Shown here piece after piece: positions 31,007 to 40,766 of a stretch of 64,000 nt of DNA (positions within the stretch are counted from its first letter, which is position 1; every line of letters begins with the position of its first letter). Made by a program: the position numbers and the translations under genes. The DNA comes from Parcubacteria group bacterium (GTDB taxonomy: Bacteria; Patescibacteriota; Minisyncoccia; Moranbacterales; GCA-2747515). The stretch spans positions 200,535-264,534 of the forward strand of contig JBAZXC010000001.1 in the NCBI GenBank assembly GCA_041660065.1, written 5' to 3'. The notes beneath the pieces were generated by a model. It did no database searches and was not told where the DNA came from. It saw only the letters and a program-made list of their open reading frames with translations.

Positions 31007-31996
31007 ATGTCTGCGTCACACGACCATAATAATGAAAATGGATCAGAACCTCAAAAAAATATTGTGACGGAACAATCAAAAAAATCCAATAATATACCAA
31101 AGATCATCATCGGAATGCTTGTTGTGGTCGTTTTGATCCTTGTTGGTGCACTCTTTTTTGTTATATTGAAAAATAACGCGACTGATAAAAATGATAAAGC
31201 ACCTGACGTGCAATCATCGGAAAATACGGCTACATCACCAAGTATGGAGAATGTCGCACCACCTGCAGTTGTACCAAGCGAATCAACAGATTCTACTACT
31301 GGCACACCTGTTACAACACCATCAGATATTTCTTCTGAGGCGACACAGGTTAAGAAATATCCTGATTTATATATTGAAAAATACGAATTTAATGAGGATC
31401 CAATCATGGGCGAGGAGTTCACTGTCAAAGTTAAGATTGGCAATAAGGGGACGGCAAATGCGGAGGATTTTCATTGGGCATGGTATGCGACCACAAATGA
31501 CAAGGAATGTGAAGGTAAGGTTGATAGTTTGGCAGTTGGAGAGACAATAAAAGTTGAGTGCACATATACTTATGCCGGCTGGTCTCTTTACACTACACAG
31601 GTGGTTGTAGATTCTAAATCAGAGATCTATGAAAGCAACGAGAGTAACAACACAGCAACAAAACAAATTACACCGATCCATGATACGGCAAAAGCAGATT
31701 TATATATCAATGAATACAAATTTAATCATCCGCCAAAATCCGGAGAAGCTTTTACTGTAAGCATATCTATATATAATCAAGGCAATGCGGCATCCGGTTC
31801 ATTTTGGTGGGAATGGTGGCCGACGTCGTTTGGCAAAGCATGTCGTGTTAAGGTGGATAACATTGTGGCACACGGAGGGAAAACGGTAACGTGTACATAT
31901 ACGTATGCAAGTTGGTCGACGTATGAAACAAAAGCAGTCGCAGATGCTGACAATGATGTGGCCGAAAGCAATGAGAGCAATAATGAGTATTCATAA
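31007..31996 (+). CDS. Membrane-anchored protein with a Pro/Thr/Ser linker and two CARDB domains
   Basis: Two repeats of [P/A]DLYI...IxNxG...D...ESNESNN. Confidence 0.85.
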   Translation: MSASHDHNNENGSEPQKNIVTEQSKKSNNIPKIIIGMLVVVVLILVGALFFVILKNNATDKNDKAPDVQSSENTATSPSMENVAPPAVVPSESTDSTTGTPVTTPSDISSEATQVKKYPDLYIEKYEFNEDPIMGEEFTVKVKIGNKGTANAEDFHWAWYATTNDKECEGKVDSLAVGETIKVECTYTYAGWSLYTTQVVVDSKSEIYESNESNNTATKQITPIHDTAKADLYINEYKFNHPPKSGEAFTVSISIYNQGNAASGSFWWEWWPTSFGKACRVKVDNIVAHGGKTVTCTYTYASWSTYETKAVADADNDVAESNESNNEYS

Positions 31997-32096
31997 GATG
32001 TCATACCAATCCATTAGTCGTGATTACAGGACTTCTCCGTGTATTTTTCTACGAATTATTTACATATGATGGGATATTTCATAGAGTAGTTTTTGT

Positions 32097-32125
32097 TTGA
32101 CATGTGACTGATTTTTTGATACAGT
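32097..32125 (+). promoter_or_regulatory. sigma70 promoter
   Basis: TTGACA-17 bp-TACAGT with extended TG. Confidence 0.6.
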
Positions 32126-32202
32126 GCGCCTATATTAAATAACAAATATCTGTTATATAACATGTTCTTACAACGATCAAAAAACTCAAGGAGATAGAAA
32201 CT

Positions 32203-32841
32203 GTGAAAAAATACTTGTACATCTTGGATTGTGACGGTCCTTTGCGATCGGTATCATGGCAATTGATCTATGATTCTTATATGCCGATCAGCGAACGTTT
32301 TGACATTGATTTTGGTGCACTGTGTCCCGATCTTGTGGCACTCAAGGAATGGTTCGATCATGATTGGAAAAATAATCTCATGCGCATGGGTATTATTACA
32401 GAGAGGGATATGCAAGAGGCAGTGAGAATTTTTCATGACCATTATGATCAAAACACGCACACATTTCCATGGGTTGCAGAGAAAACGGAACAAATGAGTA
32501 TCCATGGACATGTTGCTGTGCTTTCCAATAGCTCAACAGCAAGCATCATGCAATCACTCAATGGTGTCAAAAGACACATTGCTATGATTGCCGGCCATGA
32601 TTCTGTCCCACGATCAAAACCGCACCCTGATGGTATTCACCAAATCATTGACGCGTTGAATGCAGATCCTGCATACGCAGTTATGATTGGAGATACCAAT
32701 GCCGATATTGATGCAGGCAAAAAGGCGGGTATACGCACTGTCGCCGTATCGTGGGGACTCAGTGATACACCGGAAGCATTGCGCGCTCTTGGAGCGGATC
32801 AGATCATAACTAATCCAGAAGAGTTTTTGTCACTATGGTGA
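32203..32841 (+). CDS. HAD-superfamily phosphatase (Gph-like)
   Basis: LDCDG, LSN, KPHPDG and MIGDTNADI motifs; SD AGGAG; terminator at about 32856-32893. Confidence 0.9.
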   Translation: MKKYLYILDCDGPLRSVSWQLIYDSYMPISERFDIDFGALCPDLVALKEWFDHDWKNNLMRMGIITERDMQEAVRIFHDHYDQNTHTFPWVAEKTEQMSIHGHVAVLSNSSTASIMQSLNGVKRHIAMIAGHDSVPRSKPHPDGIHQIIDALNADPAYAVMIGDTNADIDAGKKAGIRTVAVSWGLSDTPEALRALGADQIITNPEEFLSLW

Positions 32842-32905
32842 TTGATCTTTTTTGAAAAACGTCCAGTTGGTTAAATACCGATTGGACGTTTTTATTTCTT
32901 TATGA

Positions 32906-33016
32906 CAGTGTGGAATTACAAAAGAGGGAAGGGATCGTGAAATTTTCTTCAAAAATGGTGTCTACCATGATGTGATCACCTTCGGCCTCCTGCAACGAGA
33001 ATATCTGAAGAAATAA
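32906..33016 (+). pseudogene. C-terminal remnant of a RimL-type GNAT acetyltransferase
   Basis: Manual translation QCGITKEGRDREIFFKNGVYHDVITFGLLQREYLKK*, preceded by an in-frame stop and with no start codon. Confidence 0.6.
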
Positions 33017-33112
33017 TTATTTCACATTTAAAAAAAGACCTGTGAGTGAAACATTCGCAGGTCTTTTCTTTTTTGTCATTCACTATGCACAGGGAAGAGA
33101 TCTTTCAATTCC

Positions 33113-33466
33113 CTAGTTTACTTTACGAAAACTCACTGTGTATATCGGTTCATATAATGCATCATACTCATCGCGCACCTCCACGGTTTCCCCATCCATC
33201 ATCGTCGAGAGGGAAATGTCAGAGATCATTTCTTGTAATGCCTTTACTTCGCCTTTTAATTCCTCCATGCGTTCCCATCGTGAACCCATGTCACGCTGTG
33301 CACTGAGCTCATGCTGTTTTTTGATCTCTCTGATGTCATTTGCTTTCTCAAGAACTGTTTGGTATTCGGCATCTTGTGCGAGGACATCTTTGAATTCTTT
33401 ACGGATTTCCTTCATTTCTTTTTTGATGCTCTGAAATTCACTGAATACTTCTTGGACATCTTTCAT
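33113..33466 (-). CDS. Hypothetical coiled-coil protein
   Basis: Clean 117-aa charged helical ORF; terminator hairpin at about 33032-33068. Confidence 0.75.
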   Translation of the reverse strand: MKDVQEVFSEFQSIKKEMKEIRKEFKDVLAQDAEYQTVLEKANDIREIKKQHELSAQRDMGSRWERMEELKGEVKALQEMISDISLSTMMDGETVEVRDEYDALYEPIYTVSFRKVN

Positions 33467-33527
33467 GATATTTTTTGTTTAATTGATTAGTATAAAACAG
33501 AGCTAATTCTATCATAAATTTCACAAA

Positions 33528-33556
33528 TTGACAAAATGTTACTTTTGTACTATAAT
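33528..33556 (+). promoter_or_regulatory. sigma70 promoter of orphan gene
   Basis: Perfect TTGACA-17 bp-TATAAT. Confidence 0.8.
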
Positions 33557-33624
33557 AGGCGCTACAGTATAAATTTCCCGTTCTTTTCTTATCTTAATTT
33601 TTGCCAAAAAGGAGAGCAAAATTT

Positions 33625-34110
33625 ATGAAAAAAATCAGCGTAGTATCATTTCTTGTTTTGATGTTTTTCTTTTTTTTGAAAGCATCATCCAGCTTCGCCG
33701 TGCAAGAGATCGTTTCCACATGCAAGGACGGCAATTTGTCTGTGTATGTAACATATCCCGTAATTGACACCGTTGGTCCGGGGTTTGGTTCGCAAGCTGT
33801 GGATCGCCCACAACAGCTAGGCACTGTTGTACGTCATGCATGTTATGATCCGGCAGAAAAACGAATCACAGCATGGCGTCAAGGCAAATACGGCGTTCAC
33901 GCACATTATGGCGGGGATGAAGAGGAGCTACCGGAGATTCTCTCCGCGAAGTATGGCATCAATGCCAAGAAAGATCACATTGTTTTTGAAACAAAAACAG
34001 TGATCAGTCTCCCGGAAGGGAAGGTGGTCTCTTCGGAAGACCTCCAACTCTATTATTTTGAAAAAGAAAACAAGAACAAGATCAAGATAATAGCACTTAC
34101 AATACGCTAA
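33625..34110 (+). CDS. Hypothetical secreted protein
   Basis: SD AGGAG, signal peptide ending SFA, terminator at about 34127-34163. Confidence 0.7.
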   Translation: MKKISVVSFLVLMFFFFLKASSSFAVQEIVSTCKDGNLSVYVTYPVIDTVGPGFGSQAVDRPQQLGTVVRHACYDPAEKRITAWRQGKYGVHAHYGGDEEELPEILSAKYGINAKKDHIVFETKTVISLPEGKVVSSEDLQLYYFEKENKNKIKIIALTIR

Positions 34111-34989
34111 AAATTTTTTTTTGCATAAAACTGTTCGGTTCACAATGTGATCGAACAGTTTTTCTTTTTTCAAATTTCTTGGTGGCACAGTCACCAGACA
34201 GACTTTATGTCGCACAATGTAGAGCATCTATTTTGGATTTGTAGAAGGGAATTTCTATGTGTGATGTGTAAAAATTTTCGTGTCAGTAATTTATTATGAG
34301 AAAATTATCTTTCTGCTATGCAAATAATATCCTCTTGTCTTTTTATTTTTAGATTTTTTTATAATTTATATTTATAAAATAATTTTACAAATATAAAATA
34401 TTCACGCATGTAAGTAAATAATAATATTTATTATAATGCACGGGATAAAAATATTATTGGAAAAATTTAGCATGAAGAAAAAAGCAAAGATTAGGCCGGA
34501 GAGATTCAATATGTGTTATTCTATGTAAAATAGCATATAAACATACAATATATAGATATAATAGATAGTATAAATATGATTACATACCGCATGGTGTGCT
34601 TTACTGGAATCTCCCGTGGTATGTACATATCACTCGCTCTATGTCGCACAATGAAGAGTCAGCTTTTTGCGAGAGGAGAGGAGTGATATTGGATTATAAA
34701 CAATGCAGGACATACAATATCATATGCCTATAGATTATATAGACATGATGGGTGCATGATTTCGGTCATGATAACCATCGACCTGCGAGATCTTTCAAAA
34801 CCATATAGTATACTTATGGTAAAAATATATGAAATCAAGAGCGGATAGTTATAATCAAGGAGGTTTTGTAAATTTGTTGTATGGAAAGAGAATAGTATGA
34901 TCATTAGCGTAATGATGGCATCATAGCTTTGATGTGTGCGATTTTAATATAATAAAGGAAACTAGTAACATTGATACGAATATGATGCT

Positions 34990-35017
34990 ATGTCGCATAA
35001 TATACATTGTGCGACGT
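34990..35017. other. Putative dif chromosome dimer resolution site
   Basis: Minus strand reads ACGTCGCACAA-TGTATA-TTATGCGACAT: 11-6-11 layout with the same central hexamer as E. coli dif, located at the gene-orientation switch. Confidence 0.8.
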
Positions 35018-35380
35018 AGTATATAGAAAGACCCTATTTGGACAATCCTCCTCCAATACCTCAGTGAACGATCAGACTTTGTAATATTTTTTATAAAAGA
35101 TTTATTTATGCAGATTTCCTCACTCTTTCTCTGCCTCTGCGGTGTGATGAACATCATAAAACAAAAAGGAGATTATTATCCCCCTACCGCATGCAATTTA
35201 TTTTAGACAATGTATTTATTGCATGCGTTATGATGTTTTACTTTTCAAAAGAGTTTGTTGTGTGGTTGTCTTTTTTTGTTATAGTACATTTTTGATTCAA
35301 AAGAGTATACATATCATACCCATTAATTAATTTAAAACTCCCCTTCCCTTCAAAAAAGTTATCCACAGTTGTCAAATATC

Positions 35381-35411
35381 AAAAACCGTCAAAGGGTCAT
35401 GACGGTTTTTT
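35381..35411 (-). terminator. Intrinsic terminator of pyrH
   Basis: aaaaaccgtca-loop-tgacggttttt. Confidence 0.7.
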
Positions 35412-35426
35412 GGTGAAATTTTTTGG

Positions 35427-36146
35427 TCAGTTATTTTTGATCAATGTTCCTTCAAATTTTTCTCCGTTAAGATATGCGCGTATATTATCAAAATTTGTCC
35501 CCTTTAATGTCACCGCTTCCAAATCTTCCTTTTCTGCAAATTTTGCTGCGACAGGATCAAATGGTGCATTCATGCCAGGTATCCAGACGTCGGTTGTCAT
35601 TTCGCGATATTGTGCCCAAGACATCTCCTCGATCTTTTGGGCATCAGGAAATTCCTTGGGGTCTTTATCATAGACATAATCAATGTTGGAAAGGTTAACA
35701 ACTTTTTTGATCCCGAGATATCGTGCAAGAAGAGCGGAATCATAATCTGTGGAAAATCCCGGCTTCCATCCTGCGGCGATCATGACCGATTGGGTACATT
35801 GATGAAAGTCTTCCAGATCATGGGGATTGGTATTGATACGCGGATGTGCCACATCGCGAAATATTGTGCGAATGAGATGGGCGTTTAAACGTGTGGAATG
35901 AATGCCCAACCAATCCTTATCTTCGTCGTTCACATCTTGCAATATCTCTTGTGCCGCTTGCGCATAGCGACGTGCCGTCTTGCCTCCTCCGGTGATAAAA
36001 ACAAAACGTTGCTGTTGTTCGGTAATTTGCTGCATAATCAGAGCGCGAAAGTCTTTCAAAAATTCTATATTGATATCATCAGGAACGATCAAAGATCCGC
36101 CAAGGTTCACAATAAAGGTTTTTTTTGCATCCATATTTTTTTGCAT
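35427..36146 (-). CDS. pyrH: UMP kinase, archaeal type
   Basis: LGGSLI, GGGKTARRY, GIHSTRLNA, GWKPGFSTD and YVYDKDP motifs; start trimmed relative to the ORF track. Confidence 0.93.
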   Translation of the reverse strand: MQKNMDAKKTFIVNLGGSLIVPDDINIEFLKDFRALIMQQITEQQQRFVFITGGGKTARRYAQAAQEILQDVNDEDKDWLGIHSTRLNAHLIRTIFRDVAHPRINTNPHDLEDFHQCTQSVMIAAGWKPGFSTDYDSALLARYLGIKKVVNLSNIDYVYDKDPKEFPDAQKIEEMSWAQYREMTTDVWIPGMNAPFDPVAAKFAEKEDLEAVTLKGTNFDNIRAYLNGEKFEGTLIKNN

Positions 36147-36180
36147 TATTTTATTATTTTTTATAAATTTTGTGTCATTA

Positions 36181-36555
36181 TTATTTGCATGAGGTTGACT
36201 TGGTGTATCCTTTTTCAATAGCATTTTGATCGGAACGGAAACACCGCAGATTCTCGGGGTCGATCTTTGTAGCATAGGAACAATCCGGCGGATAATATTT
36301 TGTACCCTTGACACTTCCGACATAGACACAATCTTCGGGGCGCATGGCATTTGTTGAATCAGAGGAGTTTTTTTTCACAATGATCGGGTCTTGTGTGGCA
36401 CGGAAAACCGTTATGGGCCGTTGAGCTGTTTGTGCTCCGGTAAACCACCCGAAAACATAGCACAATAAACCAACGACAACCATACCACTTATTGTCATAA
36501 TAGCACTTTCATGGTCAAAAAACCATGTGCGGATCTTTTGGAGATATTTTCTCAT
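36181..36555 (-). CDS. Membrane-anchored protein with Ada-like metal-binding C-terminal domain
   Basis: TM helix; YVGSVKGTKYYPPDC...I...N...F...AIEKGY motif. Confidence 0.65.
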   Translation of the reverse strand: MRKYLQKIRTWFFDHESAIMTISGMVVVGLLCYVFGWFTGAQTAQRPITVFRATQDPIIVKKNSSDSTNAMRPEDCVYVGSVKGTKYYPPDCSYATKIDPENLRCFRSDQNAIEKGYTKSTSCK

Positions 36556-36656
36556 AATCATTGACAATCTCAACCTTCTCGATTATACTAGCATAGTATA
36601 TAAATTTGTAAAAGACGGGAAATTCCCTTTTACTTTTAATCGTATAATATTCAATT

Positions 36657-36935
36657 ATGGCACATAGAAAAGCCGGCGGTTCCACAAGACTTGGCCGTGA
36701 TTCAGAATCTAAACGTCTTGGAGTAAAGATCTATGGCTCACAAAAAGTTAGTGCGGGCAATGTGATCGTGCGTCAACGTGGCACAAAAATTCATCCGGGA
36801 GAAAACGTTGCCCGTGGTGAAGATGATACTATTTATGCAAAGAAATCCGGCATAGTTAAATTCATCGACAAAAAAGTTAAGGATTTTACCGGAAAACTCA
36901 AAAAGAGAAAATTCGTCAGTGTTGTGACAAAATAG
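36657..36935 (+). CDS. rpmA: 50S ribosomal protein L27
   Basis: [24 protein letters not shown]...RQRGT; promoter TTGACA-17-TATACT at 36561-36589. Confidence 0.99.
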   Translation: MAHRKAGGSTRLGRDSESKRLGVKIYGSQKVSAGNVIVRQRGTKIHPGENVARGEDDTIYAKKSGIVKFIDKKVKDFTGKLKKRKFVSVVTK

Positions 36936-36954
36936 TAACGATCAAAATCTTTCA

Positions 36955-36988
36955 AAAATACCCTGCCGGAATTGGCAGGGTATTTTTT
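36955..36988. terminator. Bidirectional intrinsic terminator
   Basis: aaaaataccctgcc-ggaatt-ggcagggtatttttt between convergent genes. Confidence 0.8.
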
Positions 36989-38486
36989 ATTTGGGTGTTA
37001 TTTTTTTGATACGAGAACGAATGGCACCTTCTTGTCGTCCAAATATCTTCGCAATCGTTTTGATACTTTGGTGTTTTTTGATACATGCTAAAAGTCTCTT
37101 ATCATCTTCCGGTTTCCATGGTTTACCTGCGTGAGGATACATATTTTGTGAATTTTGATGTGATTTTTTCTCTGATGAAGATGTGATTTTTTTATCCGGT
37201 TTCGCATGTATTAAAACTTTTTTCTTTTTCATCTCTTCCTGTTCAAGGGTGGCAGAAATATTTTGAAAAACATGGTCTTTTTTGAAAATGGTAGGATCGA
37301 CTTGCAGAGCAATATCATTTATACCCAAGAGCGTAATATCTCGTAATGTGCGTACACGAGAAAGAGCTACATAACCCATACCGTACTCAAAACACTTTTT
37401 CAGGTCAATCTCTGCAGCATCAAGCGTCATACCTTGGCTTTTGTGTATTGTGATCGCCCATGCTAAGCGTAGAGGCAGTTGTTTGATTTGTGCTAGTTCC
37501 TCGCCATCTTCTTCAATGAGCCATTTTTCCGGGGAGACCCTGATCTCTTCTCCGTGTAAAGTTTTTACAATCGGAAAACGATCCTCATCAAAATCAATGA
37601 CTGTGCCAATCGTACCATTGACATATCCTTGATCGAAATTATTGCGCACAAACATCACAAGTGCGCCTTTTTTGAGAATGAGCTCTTCCGGAGCGAGGCA
37701 TCCATTTTTGATCGCCTCGACTAATTTTTCATTACCATCCGATACCATCCGATACAAAAAGGACTTTTCTTTGATTTTATGCAATTCGTGATTATTTACC
37801 CTATCAACATCAATATTGTGCGTAAAAAGTTTCGTGCGTTCTTGGGCGCTATCTATTTTTTGATTAGTGGCTTTTTTGAGCAAAAGGTGTGTTTTTTCTG
37901 TTACACACTTCCCTCTTATATCAGACAAGACACGCGAGAGAGCATCTTCTTTTTGTCGATATTGCTCTGATAAGTAACAAACTTTTAAATCCATTTCTTT
38001 CCAGCTCTGTGATTGATCGATGAATTGTACGGTCGTCCCGGCGTTTTTTCGTACAGGAGGCAATTGAAAAAAATCACCAGACAAAATGATCTGCATGCCT
38101 CCGAATGATTTTACATTTTCCCGTGCACTGCGTAAGATTTTATTGATCAGATCGATCTGGTACGCATGTAGCATGGAAATCTCATCAATGATGAGCACGT
38201 CAGTCTTTGTGAGACGCTTGTGCACAAGGGGATTTCTGATGATCTTTTTTATTTCTTTTTCGCTCAGATCTTCTTTTATGCCAATGCCCGACCATGAGTG
38301 GATCGTACGACCACCAATATGTGTTGCGGCAATACCTGTAGAAGCTGTAACGGCATAGGAAATGCGGTTTTGTTTTAAATAACCAATGTATGCATTAAGC
38401 AAAAATGTTTTGCCACTGCCTGCCGGTCCAGTTAAAAAGACATTATGCCCTCTTTTCAATATATTCAATGCAAGATCCTGTTTCAT
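36987..38486 (-). CDS. PIF1-family SF1B DNA helicase with C-terminal HTH
   Basis: TGPAGSGKT, IIDEISM, GDFFQLPPV, AITIHKSQG and YVALSR motifs. Confidence 0.93.
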   Translation of the reverse strand: MKQDLALNILKRGHNVFLTGPAGSGKTFLLNAYIGYLKQNRISYAVTASTGIAATHIGGRTIHSWSGIGIKEDLSEKEIKKIIRNPLVHKRLTKTDVLIIDEISMLHAYQIDLINKILRSARENVKSFGGMQIILSGDFFQLPPVRKNAGTTVQFIDQSQSWKEMDLKVCYLSEQYRQKEDALSRVLSDIRGKCVTEKTHLLLKKATNQKIDSAQERTKLFTHNIDVDRVNNHELHKIKEKSFLYRMVSDGNEKLVEAIKNGCLAPEELILKKGALVMFVRNNFDQGYVNGTIGTVIDFDEDRFPIVKTLHGEEIRVSPEKWLIEEDGEELAQIKQLPLRLAWAITIHKSQGMTLDAAEIDLKKCFEYGMGYVALSRVRTLRDITLLGINDIALQVDPTIFKKDHVFQNISATLEQEEMKKKKVLIHAKPDKKITSSSEKKSHQNSQNMYPHAGKPWKPEDDKRLLACIKKHQSIKTIAKIFGRQEGAIRSRIKKITPK

Positions 38487-38568
38487 ATAATGTAAAAATG
38501 CGGGCAGTAGTGGTGCAATGGCAAAAACCCTGTGTCATTATCGAATGCATACCCTTTTTAATTGACGT

Positions 38569-40215
38569 TTATTTTTTATTTTTTGCTGCTTTGACGAAAG
38601 CCATGAAAAGCGGATGTGGTCGTAATGGTGCGGATTGAAATTCCGGATGGAATTGCGTAGCAACAAAAAACGGATGTACAGACTGGGGCAGTTCCATGAT
38701 CTCCATAAGGATCCCATCTGGTGATGTAGCAGGAAAAATAATTCCTGCATCGATCAATCGTGGGACATACGCAGGATTTACCTCATAGCGATGTCGGTGT
38801 CTTTCACTGATCTCTTTGGATTTGTATGCTCTGTATGCGATTGTGGATTTATTTTTGATGATCGCAGGATATGCACCGAGTCGATTAGAGCCACCAAAAT
38901 CTTTTTTGAGAAGTTTTTTCTTTTGTTCAGGCATAATATCGATCACGAGATCTTTTGCTTGAGGATTGATCTCTGCCGTATGAGCATCCTTCAGTCCAAG
39001 AACGTGGCGTGCATATTCGATCACTGCGATCTGCATGCCATAACACAATCCAAAATAAGGGATTTTATTCTCACGACAATACTGTGCAACGCTGATCTTC
39101 CCTTCTATGCCACGCGAGCCATAGCCACCAGGCACAACGATGCCATCATAATTTTTGAGTTGCTGAAGAAGTTCCGGGGTTTTTTCATATGCGGTACTGT
39201 CGAGCCACGCCAATTCCGGTTTGCAACCATTGTGGATGGCTGCATGCTTGATCGCTTCAATTACACTGATATAGGCGTCAGAAAGCACAAAATCACCGGT
39301 TTCAAAATACTTGCCCACAATGCCGATTTTTACAGGTTTTTTTGCACTTTCGATTTTTTGTACAAATGTGTTCCATTCCTTCATATCCGTTTTGCGCGGT
39401 GTGAGGCCGAGTTTTTTCAAAACGATGCTACTGAGATTATCTTTTTCAAAATTGATCGGCACATGATAAATACTTTCAACATCCGGCGCACTGATCACAC
39501 TTTTTTTATCCACGCTACAACTCATGGCGATCTTTTCTTTTCGTTTGTCATCAAGTGGCACTTCAGATCGTGCTACGATGATATCCGGTTGGATGCCGGC
39601 ACCATTCAAAGTGCGTGCTGCGTATTGAGTTGGTTTTGTCTTCATCTCCCCAACCTTGCTTGGTAGCGGGACATAACTTACCAACACAAAAAGAACATCG
39701 CGAGGATATTTCAGTTTCATCATGCGTGCCGCTTCCAGGAACAAAATATTTTGATATTCACCAATCGTACCGCCAATTTCCGTGATAATGATTTCGGCAT
39801 TTTCCCTTTTGGCTGCTTTTTCTATGCGGTCAATGATCTCTAATGGAATATGCGGTACAACCTCAACACATTTGCCGTGATAGTCGCCACGACGCTCACG
39901 TTCAATCACGGACTGATATACACGCCCTGTGGTCATATAGTTGGTACGAGGTAAAGATATGCCCAAAAAACGTTCATAATTCCCCATATCTTGATCGGTT
40001 TCATCACCATCTGCAAGTACAAATACCTCGCCATGCTCTGTGGGATTCATTGTCCCGGCATCAACATTGATATAGGGATCAACCTTTAGTGCTGTCACCG
40101 AAAAACCACGTGATTGCACGATTTTGGCGATTGAAGATGCTGTGATTCCTTTCCCTACGCCACTCATTACACCGCCTACGACAAAAATATATTTCTTTCT
40201 ATTTTTTTTCTTCAT
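38569..40215 (-). CDS. pyrG: CTP synthase
   Basis: GGVMSGVGKG, DPYINVDAGTMNP, KTKPTQ, GLCYGMQ and QFHPEF motifs. Confidence 0.99.
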   Translation of the reverse strand: MKKKNRKKYIFVVGGVMSGVGKGITASSIAKIVQSRGFSVTALKVDPYINVDAGTMNPTEHGEVFVLADGDETDQDMGNYERFLGISLPRTNYMTTGRVYQSVIERERRGDYHGKCVEVVPHIPLEIIDRIEKAAKRENAEIIITEIGGTIGEYQNILFLEAARMMKLKYPRDVLFVLVSYVPLPSKVGEMKTKPTQYAARTLNGAGIQPDIIVARSEVPLDDKRKEKIAMSCSVDKKSVISAPDVESIYHVPINFEKDNLSSIVLKKLGLTPRKTDMKEWNTFVQKIESAKKPVKIGIVGKYFETGDFVLSDAYISVIEAIKHAAIHNGCKPELAWLDSTAYEKTPELLQQLKNYDGIVVPGGYGSRGIEGKISVAQYCRENKIPYFGLCYGMQIAVIEYARHVLGLKDAHTAEINPQAKDLVIDIMPEQKKKLLKKDFGGSNRLGAYPAIIKNKSTIAYRAYKSKEISERHRHRYEVNPAYVPRLIDAGIIFPATSPDGILMEIMELPQSVHPFFVATQFHPEFQSAPLRPHPLFMAFVKAAKNKK

Positions 40216-40312
40216 ATTAATTATATTAAAAATTGCATTTACACAGACAAAGAGTTGCTCCCCCGAAAAGAAACAACTCTGTGTTGTTATAAATGTATGA
40301 TGTTGAAATAAA

Positions 40313-40756
40313 CTATTTACTTGCAACCGTAACAATTACTCCAGCAGAAATATCATATCCATAATCGATGCGCACCTCACATGTTGTCAATTCTTTGATC
40401 GCAGTTTTTAGAAGAACGCTTTTTTCACTGATCTGCACACCTAATTGTTCACCAATTGCTGTGGCAATATCTTTTTGTGTCACAGAACCGAACAATTTGT
40501 CGCCTTTTGCTTGTGCGTAAACAGTAACTTTCTTTTTATCGATCTTTTTTGCATCTTCACGCAGACGCTCTTTCATTGCGTCAAATTCTTTTTGCCTCTT
40601 TATCTCATCACGTTTTACTGCTGCAATCACTTGCTCTGTGGCCGGCTTCGCGATTTTTTGTGGGATAAGACTGTTAAAAGCAAAACCGTCAGAGACTGTA
40701 ACGAGGTCACCTTTTTTTCCGAGCTTCTTATTGTCTTGTAATAATATCATTTTCAT
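40313..40756 (-). CDS. rplI: 50S ribosomal protein L9
   Basis: MKMILLQD..KLGKKGDLVTVSDGFAFN and KLFGSVT motifs. Confidence 0.96.
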   Translation of the reverse strand: MKMILLQDNKKLGKKGDLVTVSDGFAFNSLIPQKIAKPATEQVIAAVKRDEIKRQKEFDAMKERLREDAKKIDKKKVTVYAQAKGDKLFGSVTQKDIATAIGEQLGVQISEKSVLLKTAIKELTTCEVRIDYGYDISAGVIVTVASK

Positions 40757-40766
40757 CCTTTTGGTA

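Noticed and set aside
35359-35367. Perfect DnaA box TTATCCACA beside the AT-rich gap, suggesting oriC
   Set aside because: It is a single box, genes converge rather than diverge here, and there is no dnaA/dnaN nearby. Isolated boxes also occur at 57931 and 59801.
34110-35380. Possible CRISPR array or structured RNA gene in the long intergenic region
   Set aside because: There are no regularly spaced repeats (the three motif copies are 350-430 bp apart), no cas genes and no recognisable rRNA, tmRNA or RNase P signature.
35427-36146. Archaeal-type pyrH as evidence of recent transfer from archaea
   Set aside because: This type is common in CPR bacteria, and composition matches the neighbouring genes.
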